NCBI RefSeq assembly: GCF_017876815.1
Contig: NZ_JAGIOS010000002.1
Coordinates: forward strand, 930,001-962,000
Length of the DNA stretch: 32,000 nucleotides
Direction: 5' to 3'
Origin: Sinorhizobium meliloti
Lineage (GTDB): Bacteria > Pseudomonadota > Alphaproteobacteria > Rhizobiales > Rhizobiaceae
Shown here: one piece after another, positions 1 to 8,674 of the stretch
Layout: each line of letters begins with the position of its first letter
Position numbering within the stretch: position 1 is the first letter of the stretch
Notes under the pieces: generated by a model
What the model saw: only the letters and a program-made list of their open reading frames with translations
Database searches by the model: none
What the model was told of the DNA's origin: nothing
Translations under genes and position numbers: made by a program

Positions 1-333
1 GTCGTCTTCCGGCGCCTGGCGGGCATATCTGGCGAATGCCTCCCGCGCTCCCTGCAAGGTTCCCGAGGGATTGGGCGTGAATTTGAGGACACCTGTCTTG
101 TCCAGATGCTGGTGGACGTCGACGAAGCCCGGCGAGACGAGCGCGCCGCGGAGATCGACGCCGATCACATCCGGGCCCACTTCCAGGCGATGGCCGATGC
201 TGGCGATGCGCCCGTCTTCCCCGACGAGGATATCGCGTTCATCGGCTGCCGCGGCTTCGCCGGCAATCCGGCAGCCACGCAGGAGAAGTGCACGGCGGGC
301 GCCGCCATGACGGGTTCCGAGAACCGTATGCAT
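1..333 (-). CDS. Amidohydrolase-superfamily deaminase/hydrolase (cytosine deaminase / AtzC-like). Only the N-terminal 111 codons are present; the gene runs off the window edge.
   Basis: Hand translation of the reverse strand from the ATG (complement of 331-333): MHTVLGTRHGGARRALLLRGCRIAGEAAAADERDILVGEDGRIASIGHRLEVGPDVIGVDLRGALVSPGFVDVHQHLDKTGV... PGFVDVHQHLD is the strand-1 HxH metal motif of the amidohydrolase fold. GGAG lies 7 nt upstream of the ATG. The ORF is absent from the supplied track because it is open at the window edge. Confidence 0.75.
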   Translation of the reverse strand, partial: MHTVLGTRHGGARRALLLRGCRIAGEAAAADERDILVGEDGRIASIGHRLEVGPDVIGVDLRGALVSPGFVDVHQHLDKTGVLKFTPNPSGTLQGAREAFARYARQAPEDD

Positions 334-348
334 CGAGTGACTCCATTC

Positions 349-389
349 CATTCCGTCTGACCCGTTCCGTCTGGGTCATTCCATCTGGA
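349..389. repeat. Three direct 12-nt repeats (CATTCCGTCTGA / CGTTCCGTCTGG / CATTCCATCTGG) spaced 14-15 bp apart, in the leader/promoter of the edge amidohydrolase gene
   Basis: Read directly at 349-360, 363-374 and 378-389. On the minus (mRNA) strand they read CAGAYGGAAYG x3 and run into GAATGGAG, the SD of the gene starting at 333. The third copy overlaps a CCATC-TG-GATGG inverted repeat (382-393). Confidence 0.6.
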
Positions 390-744
390 TGGAGACTAAG
401 AAGCGACGATTATTGAGGCAATTTCATAATAGATATATATTGTTTCGGTTTTCTCATGAATGTTCCCACGGCACCGCATCCGTCAGTGCAGTGCACGATA
501 TCAAAAGGAACGATATAATATATTATCACGCGTCAGTGTTTTTATCCGCCAAGAAAATCGTATTATCGGCTACCAAGCATGTGTTTTTGCGGAGATTCGA
601 TCCGCAGAAATTCCGGAAGTGATTTCATTTCAGCAAATTTGTGTATGGTGACGCGCCAGGAACCGCGACCAAGTCATGCAATTATCAAAGAGAATACTTT
701 TAAGGCATACATTTACGCGTTTAGCGGCGCGATAATACATAACG

Positions 745-772
745 TTGACATCCAGGCACTCAAGTATAGATT
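745..772 (+). promoter_or_regulatory. Candidate sigma-70 promoter for the GntR / Mo-hydroxylase operon
   Basis: TTGACA at 745-750, a 16-nt spacer, then TAGATT at 767-772. It lies about 30 nt upstream of the first plausible start codon. Pattern match only. Confidence 0.3.
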
Positions 773-781
773 GTTGACAAT
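770..781. promoter_or_regulatory. Candidate GntR/FadR-type operator (ATTGT-TG-ACAAT)
   Basis: 5+5 bp inverted repeat that fits the t.GT-N-AC.a logic of GntR-family operators. It overlaps the putative -10/+1 region just upstream of the GntR gene. Statistically weak on its own. Confidence 0.3.
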
Positions 782-800
782 CTAATCTGGAGTGTTTCGG

Positions 801-1580
801 ATGGCCGCGTCGCCCTTTTTCAGGAGTGCAAGATACCGTCCCCCTGCCGGGGCCGCGATGAGCGGGCCGGAGGCCGAGCAACGTGTCGTCCAGGTCATCG
901 TCGAGGCGATAATGCATCATCGGGTGGCCCCCGGCGCCAGACTGATCGAGCGCGAGCTGGCGATCGCCTCCGGCGCCAGCAGGTCGGCCATACGCAACGG
1001 GCTCATGCGGCTGGCGCATGCGGGGCTGGTGGAACTCAGCCCCAACAAGGGAGCGTCCATCGCCATGTGTTCGCCCGACGAAGCGCGGCAGATATTCGAC
1101 GCGCGCATCGTGATCGAGACGGCGACGGTCGAGAAGCTCGCCGGCACGATCGGCGAGACGGAGCGTGCGCGCCTGCGGTCGTTCGTGGAGGACGAACGCA
1201 ACGCCTATGAAGAGGGCCGCATGGAAGAAGCCCGGCATCTGTCCCGGCGGTTCCATCTGCTTCTGGCGGAAATGGCCGGCAACGACGTGCTGACGGGGGT
1301 GATACGCGATCTCATCAACCGCCAGCCGCTGCTCTCCTGGTCGAGGCCGGATACCGAGCCGCGATTCTGCGGCAATCACGCGCATTCCGAGATCGTCGAA
1401 GCGATAGCGAGCGGAGACGGCGAAAGGGCCGCCCGCCTCAATATGGAGCACCTTCGGGCCTTGGAACGTGAACTGGTGGCCGATCGCGCCGCGGCCATGC
1501 AGGCGTTTCGCTCCGTTCAGGCCAACGCCGCGTCCGGCGAAAGCGCACAACGGGAGGATGGTGACGCCGGTATCGATTGA
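801..1580 (+). CDS. GntR-family transcriptional regulator, FadR subfamily (winged HTH plus FCD domain)
   Basis: ORF 792..1580. The wHTH reads VVQVIVEAIMHHRVAPGARLIERELAIASGASRSAIRNGLMRLAHAGLVELSPNKGASI. The helical C-terminal domain includes RRFHLLLAEMAGNDVL. The start is uncertain: ATG 801 (GGAG 9 nt upstream), GTG 792 or ATG 858. Confidence 0.85.
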   Translation: MAASPFFRSARYRPPAGAAMSGPEAEQRVVQVIVEAIMHHRVAPGARLIERELAIASGASRSAIRNGLMRLAHAGLVELSPNKGASIAMCSPDEARQIFDARIVIETATVEKLAGTIGETERARLRSFVEDERNAYEEGRMEEARHLSRRFHLLLAEMAGNDVLTGVIRDLINRQPLLSWSRPDTEPRFCGNHAHSEIVEAIASGDGERAARLNMEHLRALERELVADRAAAMQAFRSVQANAASGESAQREDGDAGID

Positions 1581-1630
1581 ATCAAGTGCGGAACGCGGCG
1601 GCGTACCGCTGTTTTTGGGAGGAGGAATGC

Positions 1631-2490
1631 ATGAAACCGTTCGAATATTACGAGCCGGCGAGCCTGGCGGAGGCCAGCGATCTCATGAGGCGGCTCGGCA
1701 AGGATGCCAGCATCATCGCGGGCGGCACCGATCTGCTCGTCGAGATGAAGGAGGAGCTTCGCAGCCTCCTTCATCTCGTCAACATCAAGAAGATCCCGAA
1801 CCTGAGGGATTTTACCTATGATCCGGCCGCCGGGCTTCGCTTTGGCGCGCTGGTGACGGTCCGGGAGATAGAGACCTCGCCGCACGTCATCGGCAACTAT
1901 CCGAACCTCGCCAAGGCGGTAAGCCTCCTCGGCTCGGTACAGGTGCGCAACCGGGCAACCATTGTCGGCAACATCTGTCGCGCCTCCCCCTCGGCCGACA
2001 CGATCCCGCCCCTGATCGCCGACGGCGCCAGCCTGTCCGTCTATAATGGAGGCACCGAGCGGACCATTCTGCTCGAGGACTTCTTCACCGGTCCCGGCCG
2101 GACGGTTCTTTCGCCCGGAGATATCGTAACCGGCATATCCCTGCCGGCGCCCCGCCCGACGAGCGGCCGCGCCTACATCAAGCACGGCCGCCGCAAGGCG
2201 ATGGAACTTGCGACCGTCGGCGTTGCCGTCAGCATCGAGCATGTCGCCGGACAATGTTCGGACATCCGCATCGCGCTCGGCGCCGTGGCGCCGACCGTGA
2301 TCCGCGCCCGCAGGACCGAGGACCTTATCAGGGGACGCAGGATCGACGCGGCACTGCTGGCCGAAGCTGCGGAAAGCGCAATGCAGGAAGCCACTCCCAT
2401 CGGCAATGTGCGGGCAAGTGCGGCCTACCGCCGCGACATGGTCGGCGTGCTGACGCGCCGGGCAATCGGTTACGCCATGGGAGGTGCCCA

Positions 2491-2494
<4 letters not shown>
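1631..2494 (+). CDS. Molybdenum hydroxylase (xanthine dehydrogenase family) FAD-binding medium subunit, CoxM-like
   Basis: MKPFEYYEPASLAEASDLMRRLGKDASIIAGGTDLLVEMKE... contains the AGGTDL FAD motif. GGAGGA lies upstream of ATG 1631. The stop overlaps the next start (ATGA at 2491-2494). Confidence 0.9.
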
Positions 2495-2972
<478 letters not shown>

Positions 2973-2976
<4 letters not shown>

Positions 2977-5291
2977 ACACATATGAAAGGATCGATAGAG
3001 ACCTGTCCGACCGGGACTTCACCGTCGTGGGCAAGAGCGTCAAGCGTTCCGATACTCTGGAGAAGGTCACGGGGACGGCCAGATATGCAGGCGACGTCGC
3101 CTTGCCCGGCATGCTCCACGCCAAGATGAAGCGCAGCAACATCGCGCATGCGCGCATCAGGAGCATCGACACGAGCAAGGCGCTGGCGCTCAAGGGCGTC
3201 AAGGCGGTGCTGACGCACGAGAACGTGCCGCGCGTTTTGCATGCGGGCTCACCGCATCCGCGCTCGGCATCCGTTACCAAGGATCAGTACATCCTGGATG
3301 ACAGGGTGCGATATTGGGGCGAGGGCGTCGCCGCAGTCGCTGCCGTCAGCGAGGAAATCGCTGAGCGCGCGGTCGCGCTCATCGAGGTCGAGTACGAGCC
3401 CTTGCCCGGCCTCTTCACCATCGAAGCCGCATCGGTGCCCGGCGCTCCGCCGATCCATGAGAATGGTCTCGACCGGAACCAGGTGTTGCCGCCGGTCTTC
3501 GTCACCCGCGGCGACGTCGACAGGGGTTTCGCCGAAGCGGATCTGATCCTCGAGCGCGAATACGATCTCGGCCGCCCGACACCGGCCTATATGGAGCCCA
3601 ATGTCTGTGTCAGCCAGTGGGACGGCAACGGCAAGCTCACCATGTGGACCTCGACCCAGAGCGCATTCATGGTCCGCGGCACGCTTGCCGAAGTGCTCGG
3701 CGTGCCGCTGAACAAGGTACGCGTTATCGTCGATCACATGGGCGGCGGCTTCGGCGCGAAGCAGGATCTGTTTCAGAACGAGTTCCTCTGCGCCCTGCTC
3801 GCGCGACAGACGGGGCGTCCGGTCAAGATGGAGTTCAGCCGCAAGGAAACGTTCCTCGGCGGCCGCTCGCGACACCCCGGCAAGATATGGCTGAAGCAGG
3901 GCTTCACCAAAGACGGCCGGATCGTCGCACGCGAAGCCAGGGTCACCTTCAACTCCGGCGCCTACGGCTCGCACGGTCCAGGCGTCACCAATGTCGGCAC
4001 CGCAGCGCTGACCTCGCTCTACCGTTGCGAGAATGTCCGGCTGGAAGGCCGCTGCATCTATACCAATTCGCCGATCGCCGGCGCCTTTCGCGGCTATGGT
4101 GTGGTTCAGACCTACTATGCGCTCGACCTCATGATGGACGAGGCGGCCGAGAAGCTCGGCTTCGACCCGGCCGAGTTCAAGTTGATGAACGCGGTGCGCG
4201 ACGGCGACATCGCACCCTCCGGGCATCCGATCGTCGGACACGGCCTCGGGGATTGCATCCGCCGCGTCATGGAGGAGACAAACTGGCACGAATTGCGCAG
4301 GCGGGAGAAGCCGGAAACCGTCAAGCGCCGCGGGATCGGGATCGGCTGCGAAATGCACGGATCCAGTGCCTATCCGGGCATCAAGGAACAGGGCAACGCA
4401 ATCGTGAAGATGAACGAGGACGGAACGGTGACACTGATCACCGGCACCGCCGGCCTCGGCACCGGCGCGCATACAGCGCTTTCGCAGATCGTCGCCGAGG
4501 AACTCGGCGTGCCCTTCGAAGCCGTCTCGGTCGTTCAAGGGGACACCGATATCGTCCCCTGGGATATCGGTGCCTTCGCCAGCCACACGACCTATCTCGG
4601 CGGACGGGCGGCTCAGCTCGCGGCCGCCGACGTGCGCAGACAAGTGCTCGAACACGCCGCGCCCATGCTCAAGACCGAGCCCGAGAATCTCGCGATCCGG
4701 GACGGTTTCGTGGTCGTCACCAACGGCTCCAACCGCAGCATCCGGGTTTCCGAGGCCGTCGGGCCGCAACGGGGGATGCCGGCGGTGCAACTAGTCGGCG
4801 TAGGCACCTACATGCCGACGAAGTCCTACTCCTTCGCCGCCCATTTCGCCGAAGTCGAGGTGGACACCGAGACCGGCGAGGTGGCCGTTCTCGAGGTCGT
4901 TCCGGTACATGAGATCGGCAGGGTCATCCATCCGATCGCCGCGGCCGGACAGATCGAGGGTGGCATTCAGCAGGGCATCGGCCACACCCTCAGCGAGGAT
5001 TACGTCATCGACCTTACCGACGGACGTTCCCTCAATCCGAGCTTCGTCGATTACAAGATGCCCCTGTCGATGGACATGCCGTCCATCCGCACCATCATCC
5101 TCGAGACGGCACCGGATCCCGGCGGTCCCTACGGTGCCAAGGGCGTCGGCGAGGATCCGATCATCGCGATCGGGCCCGCCATCGCCAACGCCATCTACGA
5201 CGCCATCGGCGTCCGCTTCCACCACTACCCGATAACGCCCGAGCAGGTGTTGAACGCTCTCAAGTCCAAAGCCAACGAAACGAGGCAGTGA
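2973..5291 (+). CDS. Molybdenum hydroxylase molybdopterin-binding large subunit, CoxL/XdhB-like (772 aa)
   Basis: [41 protein letters not shown]... with a GGGFGAKQD motif. There is no CODH-type VAYRCSFR loop. This is an internal start within track ORF 2790..5291. Confidence 0.92.
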
Positions 5292-6340
5292 TGCAGACCA
5301 ACCATCTTCAGGACAGCAAAATTCCCGTGACCATCCTGACCGGCTTCCTCGGCGCCGGAAAGACAACGCTTCTCAACCACATATTGACGGAACGGCACGG
5401 TCACCGCATCGCGGTGATCGAGAACGAGTTCGGCGAGGTGGATGTGGACTCGGATCTCGTGCTCGCCTCCGAGGAAGAAATCTACCAGATGAAGAACGGC
5501 TGCATCTGCTGCTTCGTCGATGTGCGCAACGACCTGATCGAGGTTCTGCAGAAGCTGCTTGCCCGAAAGGACAAGTTCGACCACATCCTTGTCGAGACCA
5601 GCGGGCTTGCCGATCCGACCCCCGTCGCGACGGCTTTCTTCATCGATGACGAAATCGGCAAGCACGTAACGCTGGACGGCATCGTAACGCTGGTCGATGC
5701 CAAGCACATAGGCCAGCATATCGACGATCCCGTGCTCGATGGGCGCGACAACCAGGCTGTCGACCAGATCGTCGCCGCCGACCGCATCATCATCAACAAG
5801 ATCGACCTCGTGTCGGAATTAGAGATCGCTCCGCTCGAGCGCGGCATGCGCAAGCTCAACCAGACGGCCGAAATCGTACGCTCGAGCTACGGCAGGGTGG
5901 ATCTGTCGAGCATTCTCGGCATTTCCGGCTTCGCGCCGTCCTACGTGGCCGAGCGCGCCAAGCTGCTCGACCTCGATCATCATCACCACCACGATCATCA
6001 CCACCATGACCATCACCTGCATGACGCGACGGTCAGCTCGGAATCCTTCGTCTTCGACCGGCCTTTCGACCAGGGCCGCCTGACGGACTACCTCTCGGGC
6101 CTGCTTCGGGAGGAAGGCGACGACATCTTCCGAACCAAAGGCATCATGGCGATTGCCGGCGATCCTCGTTTCTTCGTGCTCCAGGCGGTGCACAAGCTGA
6201 TGGACTTCCGTCCGGACCATGTCTGGGGGAAGGACATGCCTTATACGAAGCTGGTCTTCATCGGTCGCAACCTCGACCGGGCGGCGCTGGAAAGAGGACT
6301 GGAGCGTTGCCTCGCCTCGGCGGGCGATACGGACAATTGA
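5288..6340 (+). CDS. COG0523 (CobW/ZigA/YeiR-type) G3E metallochaperone GTPase with a His-rich linker
   Basis: Walker [10 protein letters not shown], metal motif GCICC (5498-5512), Walker [12 protein letters not shown] and a His tract [16 protein letters not shown] (5977-6023). The GTG 5288 / ATG 5291 start overlaps the TGA of the large subunit. Confidence 0.9.
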   Translation: MMQTNHLQDSKIPVTILTGFLGAGKTTLLNHILTERHGHRIAVIENEFGEVDVDSDLVLASEEEIYQMKNGCICCFVDVRNDLIEVLQKLLARKDKFDHILVETSGLADPTPVATAFFIDDEIGKHVTLDGIVTLVDAKHIGQHIDDPVLDGRDNQAVDQIVAADRIIINKIDLVSELEIAPLERGMRKLNQTAEIVRSSYGRVDLSSILGISGFAPSYVAERAKLLDLDHHHHHDHHHHDHHLHDATVSSESFVFDRPFDQGRLTDYLSGLLREEGDDIFRTKGIMAIAGDPRFFVLQAVHKLMDFRPDHVWGKDMPYTKLVFIGRNLDRAALERGLERCLASAGDTDN

Positions 6341-6360
6341 TCCGGGGGAATGACGAGAAC

Positions 6361-6400
6361 CCGCCGAGGCTGGGAGGCTTCGGCGGATTTGTCGTGTTTG
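6361..6400 (+). terminator. Candidate intrinsic terminator of the plus-strand hydroxylase / COG0523 operon
   Basis: 10-bp stem CCGCCGAGGC / GCTTCGGCGG (one G-U pair), 6-nt loop, followed by ATTTGTCGTGTTTG. It starts 21 nt after the stop at 6340. Confidence 0.5.
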
Positions 6401-6473
6401 AGCGGGATTAGCGAATCCCAGTGGACGCAGCCGGATCGAAAAAGGCGAGGAGCACCCCCTTTTGATGGACCTT

Positions 6474-6514
6474 GCATAAAACCGCACCGCCCCCGGCCTG
6501 GCCGGGGGCGGTGC
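6474..6514 (-). terminator. Candidate intrinsic terminator of the minus-strand operon (after the permease), possibly bidirectional
   Basis: 13-14 bp GC stem GCACCGCCCCCGGC / GCCGGGGGCGGTGC (6484-6497 / 6501-6514), followed on the minus strand by GGUUUUAUGC. It lies 28 nt downstream of the permease stop at 6542. Confidence 0.6.
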
Positions 6515-6541
6515 ATGTTGTGCATTCACTTCCGGCTGCGC

Positions 6542-7933
6542 CTAGCCGGGATGCCGCATGGCGCCCTCACCGAGCAAATCCGGCTGCACCTCCTCGCGCG
6601 GAGGAACGCCGTTGAAGAGCAGGTTGAGCAGCACCGCCGAGAAGGTTCCGACGAGAACGCCGCTGTGGAAGAACCGGTCGATGAACTCCGGCAACTGGGC
6701 GAAGATCTTGTCGGCGACCACCGGGATCATCGCGAGGCCGACGCTGACGGCGACGATGTAGAGGTTGCGGCGGTTGTCCACGAAGTTGACGCGGGCGAGG
6801 ATCTTGACCCCCGTCGCCGAGACCATGCCGAACATCACGATCGCGGCGCCCCCGACGACATAGCTCGGTATCGACGCGGTAATGAATGCGATCTTCGGCA
6901 GGCAGCCCAGAAGGATCAGCACCACGCCGCCCGCGGCAACCGCCCAGCGGCTCATCACACCGGTGATCTGGAGCAGGCCCACATTCTGGGCATATGTGGT
7001 GTATGTGAAGGTGTTGAAGATTCCGCCGATAATGTTCCCGAGGCCATCCGTGCGCAGCCCGCGCGCCAGGTCGGCTTCGCTGATCGTGCGGCCTGCCATG
7101 TCGCCGACGGCCAGGATCTGACCGGTCGCTTCGATCATCATGACGATCATGACCGTGCAGAGCGCAACCGTCGCCCACAGGTCGAATATCGGCATGCCGA
7201 AGGCGAACGGCGTCACCACCGTGACCCAGCTAGCATCGGCGACCCCCTGGAAATCCACCTTTCCGAAAGCGACGGCGATCGCAAATCCGATCCCTATGCC
7301 GAACAGAACGGCGAGGTTTGCGAGAAATCCCTTGAGAAAGCGGGTCATCAGGAGAATGGAGACCAGCACGATCGCAGCGACCGCAAGAGCGAAGGGCTCA
7401 CCGTAGGCCGGATTGGGAATGAGCCCGTCGGGGCCTTTTATCATGGGCTGTCCGCCCGCCGCCCAGTTTACTCCGACCCGCATCAGCGACAAGCCGATGA
7501 CCAGCATCACCGTTCCGGTCACCACCGCCGGGAAGAAGCGAACCCAGCGGCTGAAATAGGGGGCGGCCAGAAGTGTGAACACGCCGGATGCGATCACCGC
7601 ACCAAGGACGCCGGGCATTCCGAGGTCCGGATCCGTGCCCGTGGCGATGATCGGGGGAACCGCGGTAAAGCCGATGCCCATCATGATCGGCAGGCGCGCG
7701 CCGACGTTCCAGACGCCGAGACACTGGATGAGGGTGACGATACCGCAGCAGAAAAGATCCGCGCTGATCAGCATGGCGATCTGATCCTTGGAGAGATTCA
7801 GCGCGCTGCCGATGATCAGGGGAACCGCGATGGCACCGGCATACATCACCAGGACATGCTGCAGGCCGAGCGCCGCCAGTTTCGGCGCGGGAAACATTGC
7901 TTCGATAGCATCACACTTCGAGTCCGTATTCAT
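6542..7933 (-). CDS. NCS2-family nucleobase:cation symporter (xanthine/uric acid permease-like)
   Basis: 463-aa polytopic membrane protein. The NCS2 signature region reads YAQNVGLLQITGVMSR. N-terminus: LGLQHVLVMYAGAIAVPLIIG. GGGAGGAG lies upstream of ATG 7933. Confidence 0.88.
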   Translation of the reverse strand: MNTDSKCDAIEAMFPAPKLAALGLQHVLVMYAGAIAVPLIIGSALNLSKDQIAMLISADLFCCGIVTLIQCLGVWNVGARLPIMMGIGFTAVPPIIATGTDPDLGMPGVLGAVIASGVFTLLAAPYFSRWVRFFPAVVTGTVMLVIGLSLMRVGVNWAAGGQPMIKGPDGLIPNPAYGEPFALAVAAIVLVSILLMTRFLKGFLANLAVLFGIGIGFAIAVAFGKVDFQGVADASWVTVVTPFAFGMPIFDLWATVALCTVMIVMMIEATGQILAVGDMAGRTISEADLARGLRTDGLGNIIGGIFNTFTYTTYAQNVGLLQITGVMSRWAVAAGGVVLILLGCLPKIAFITASIPSYVVGGAAIVMFGMVSATGVKILARVNFVDNRRNLYIVAVSVGLAMIPVVADKIFAQLPEFIDRFFHSGVLVGTFSAVLLNLLFNGVPPREEVQPDLLGEGAMRHPG

Positions 7934-8011
7934 TTCGCTCCTCCCATTGTTTTTCCAAGAGCCTTCCGCCGAACCCCGACCCTCCTCCGGCCGATGAACG
8001 GGCGGTATTCC

Positions 8012-8644
8012 TCACCTCATCTTCACCTCGACATCTTCACGTCGAGTGTCAGGGACGGCAGCGCGCCGCCCGCTCCATCGATGTGCGAGCCCGGTATCGA
8101 TATCGAACAGATCGAGGACGCGGGCCACGGTATGATTGACCATCTCGTCCAGCGTCTGCGGACGGGCATAGAAGGCCGGGACGGGGGGACAGATGATCGC
8201 CCCCGCCTCCGTCGCCTGGGCCATCGAACGAATATGGCCGATATGCAATGGCGTCTCGCGCAGCATGAGAACCAGCCGGCGGCGTTCCTTCAGTGTTACA
8301 TCCGCCGCCCGGGACAGTAAGCCGGAGGTTACACCGGTCGCGATTTCCGACAGGGTCTTGATCGAGCAGGGTGCAACGATCATCCCGAGCGTGCGGAAAG
8401 AACCGCTGGAGCACGAAGCGCCGATGTCCTTGTTGGAATGGACGCAGGCGGCGAGGGCTTCGACGTCGGCGACCTTGAAGTCCGTTTCCATCGCCAGCGT
8501 GATCTGGGCGGCACGGCTCATCACCAGATGCGTCTCGATGTCCAGATCGCGCAGGATCTCCAGGAGCCGGATGCCGTATATCACGCCGGAGGCGCCGCTG
8601 ATGCCGACGATGATCCGCTTTCTCTGTTCCCGGTCCGCCTTCAT
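8012..8644 (-). CDS. ubiX: UbiX-family flavin prenyltransferase (prFMN synthase)
   Basis: MKADREQRKRIIVGISGASGVIYGIRLLEILRDLDIETHLVMSRAA... is typical of UbiX/Pad1. I moved the start to ATG 8644 (GGAGG 8 nt upstream) instead of the track's TTG at 8659. Confidence 0.88.
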   Translation of the reverse strand: MKADREQRKRIIVGISGASGVIYGIRLLEILRDLDIETHLVMSRAAQITLAMETDFKVADVEALAACVHSNKDIGASCSSGSFRTLGMIVAPCSIKTLSEIATGVTSGLLSRAADVTLKERRRLVLMLRETPLHIGHIRSMAQATEAGAIICPPVPAFYARPQTLDEMVNHTVARVLDLFDIDTGLAHRWSGRRAAVPDTRREDVEVKMR

Positions 8645-8674
8645 CGCTCTCACCTCCAAGCGCCGCTATTCAGT

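Noticed and set aside
389-785. Small plus-strand ORFs in the AT-rich spacer (389..622, 460..651 and 579..785)
   Set aside because: They overlap each other in different frames, have no SD sites, show odd low-GC composition unlike any real gene here, and have no recognisable motifs. I treat the region as regulatory or non-coding.
2254-2490. N-terminal extensions of track ORFs, considered as possible longer proteins or fusions: 2254..2976, 2790..5291, 19727..21352, 26653..29073, 17380..19182, 16380..17573, 15443..16411, 8012..8659 and 11171..12121
   Set aside because: In every case the extension overlaps the preceding gene or promoter and translates to Arg/Pro-rich junk. An internal ATG with an SD, or with start/stop coupling, gives an N-terminus typical of the family.
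5977-6023. CAT/CAC-rich near-repetitive DNA that could look like a microsatellite or repeat element
   Set aside because: It is in frame within the COG0523 gene and encodes the [16 protein letters not shown] tract typical of that family's linker. It is a coding feature, not a DNA repeat element.
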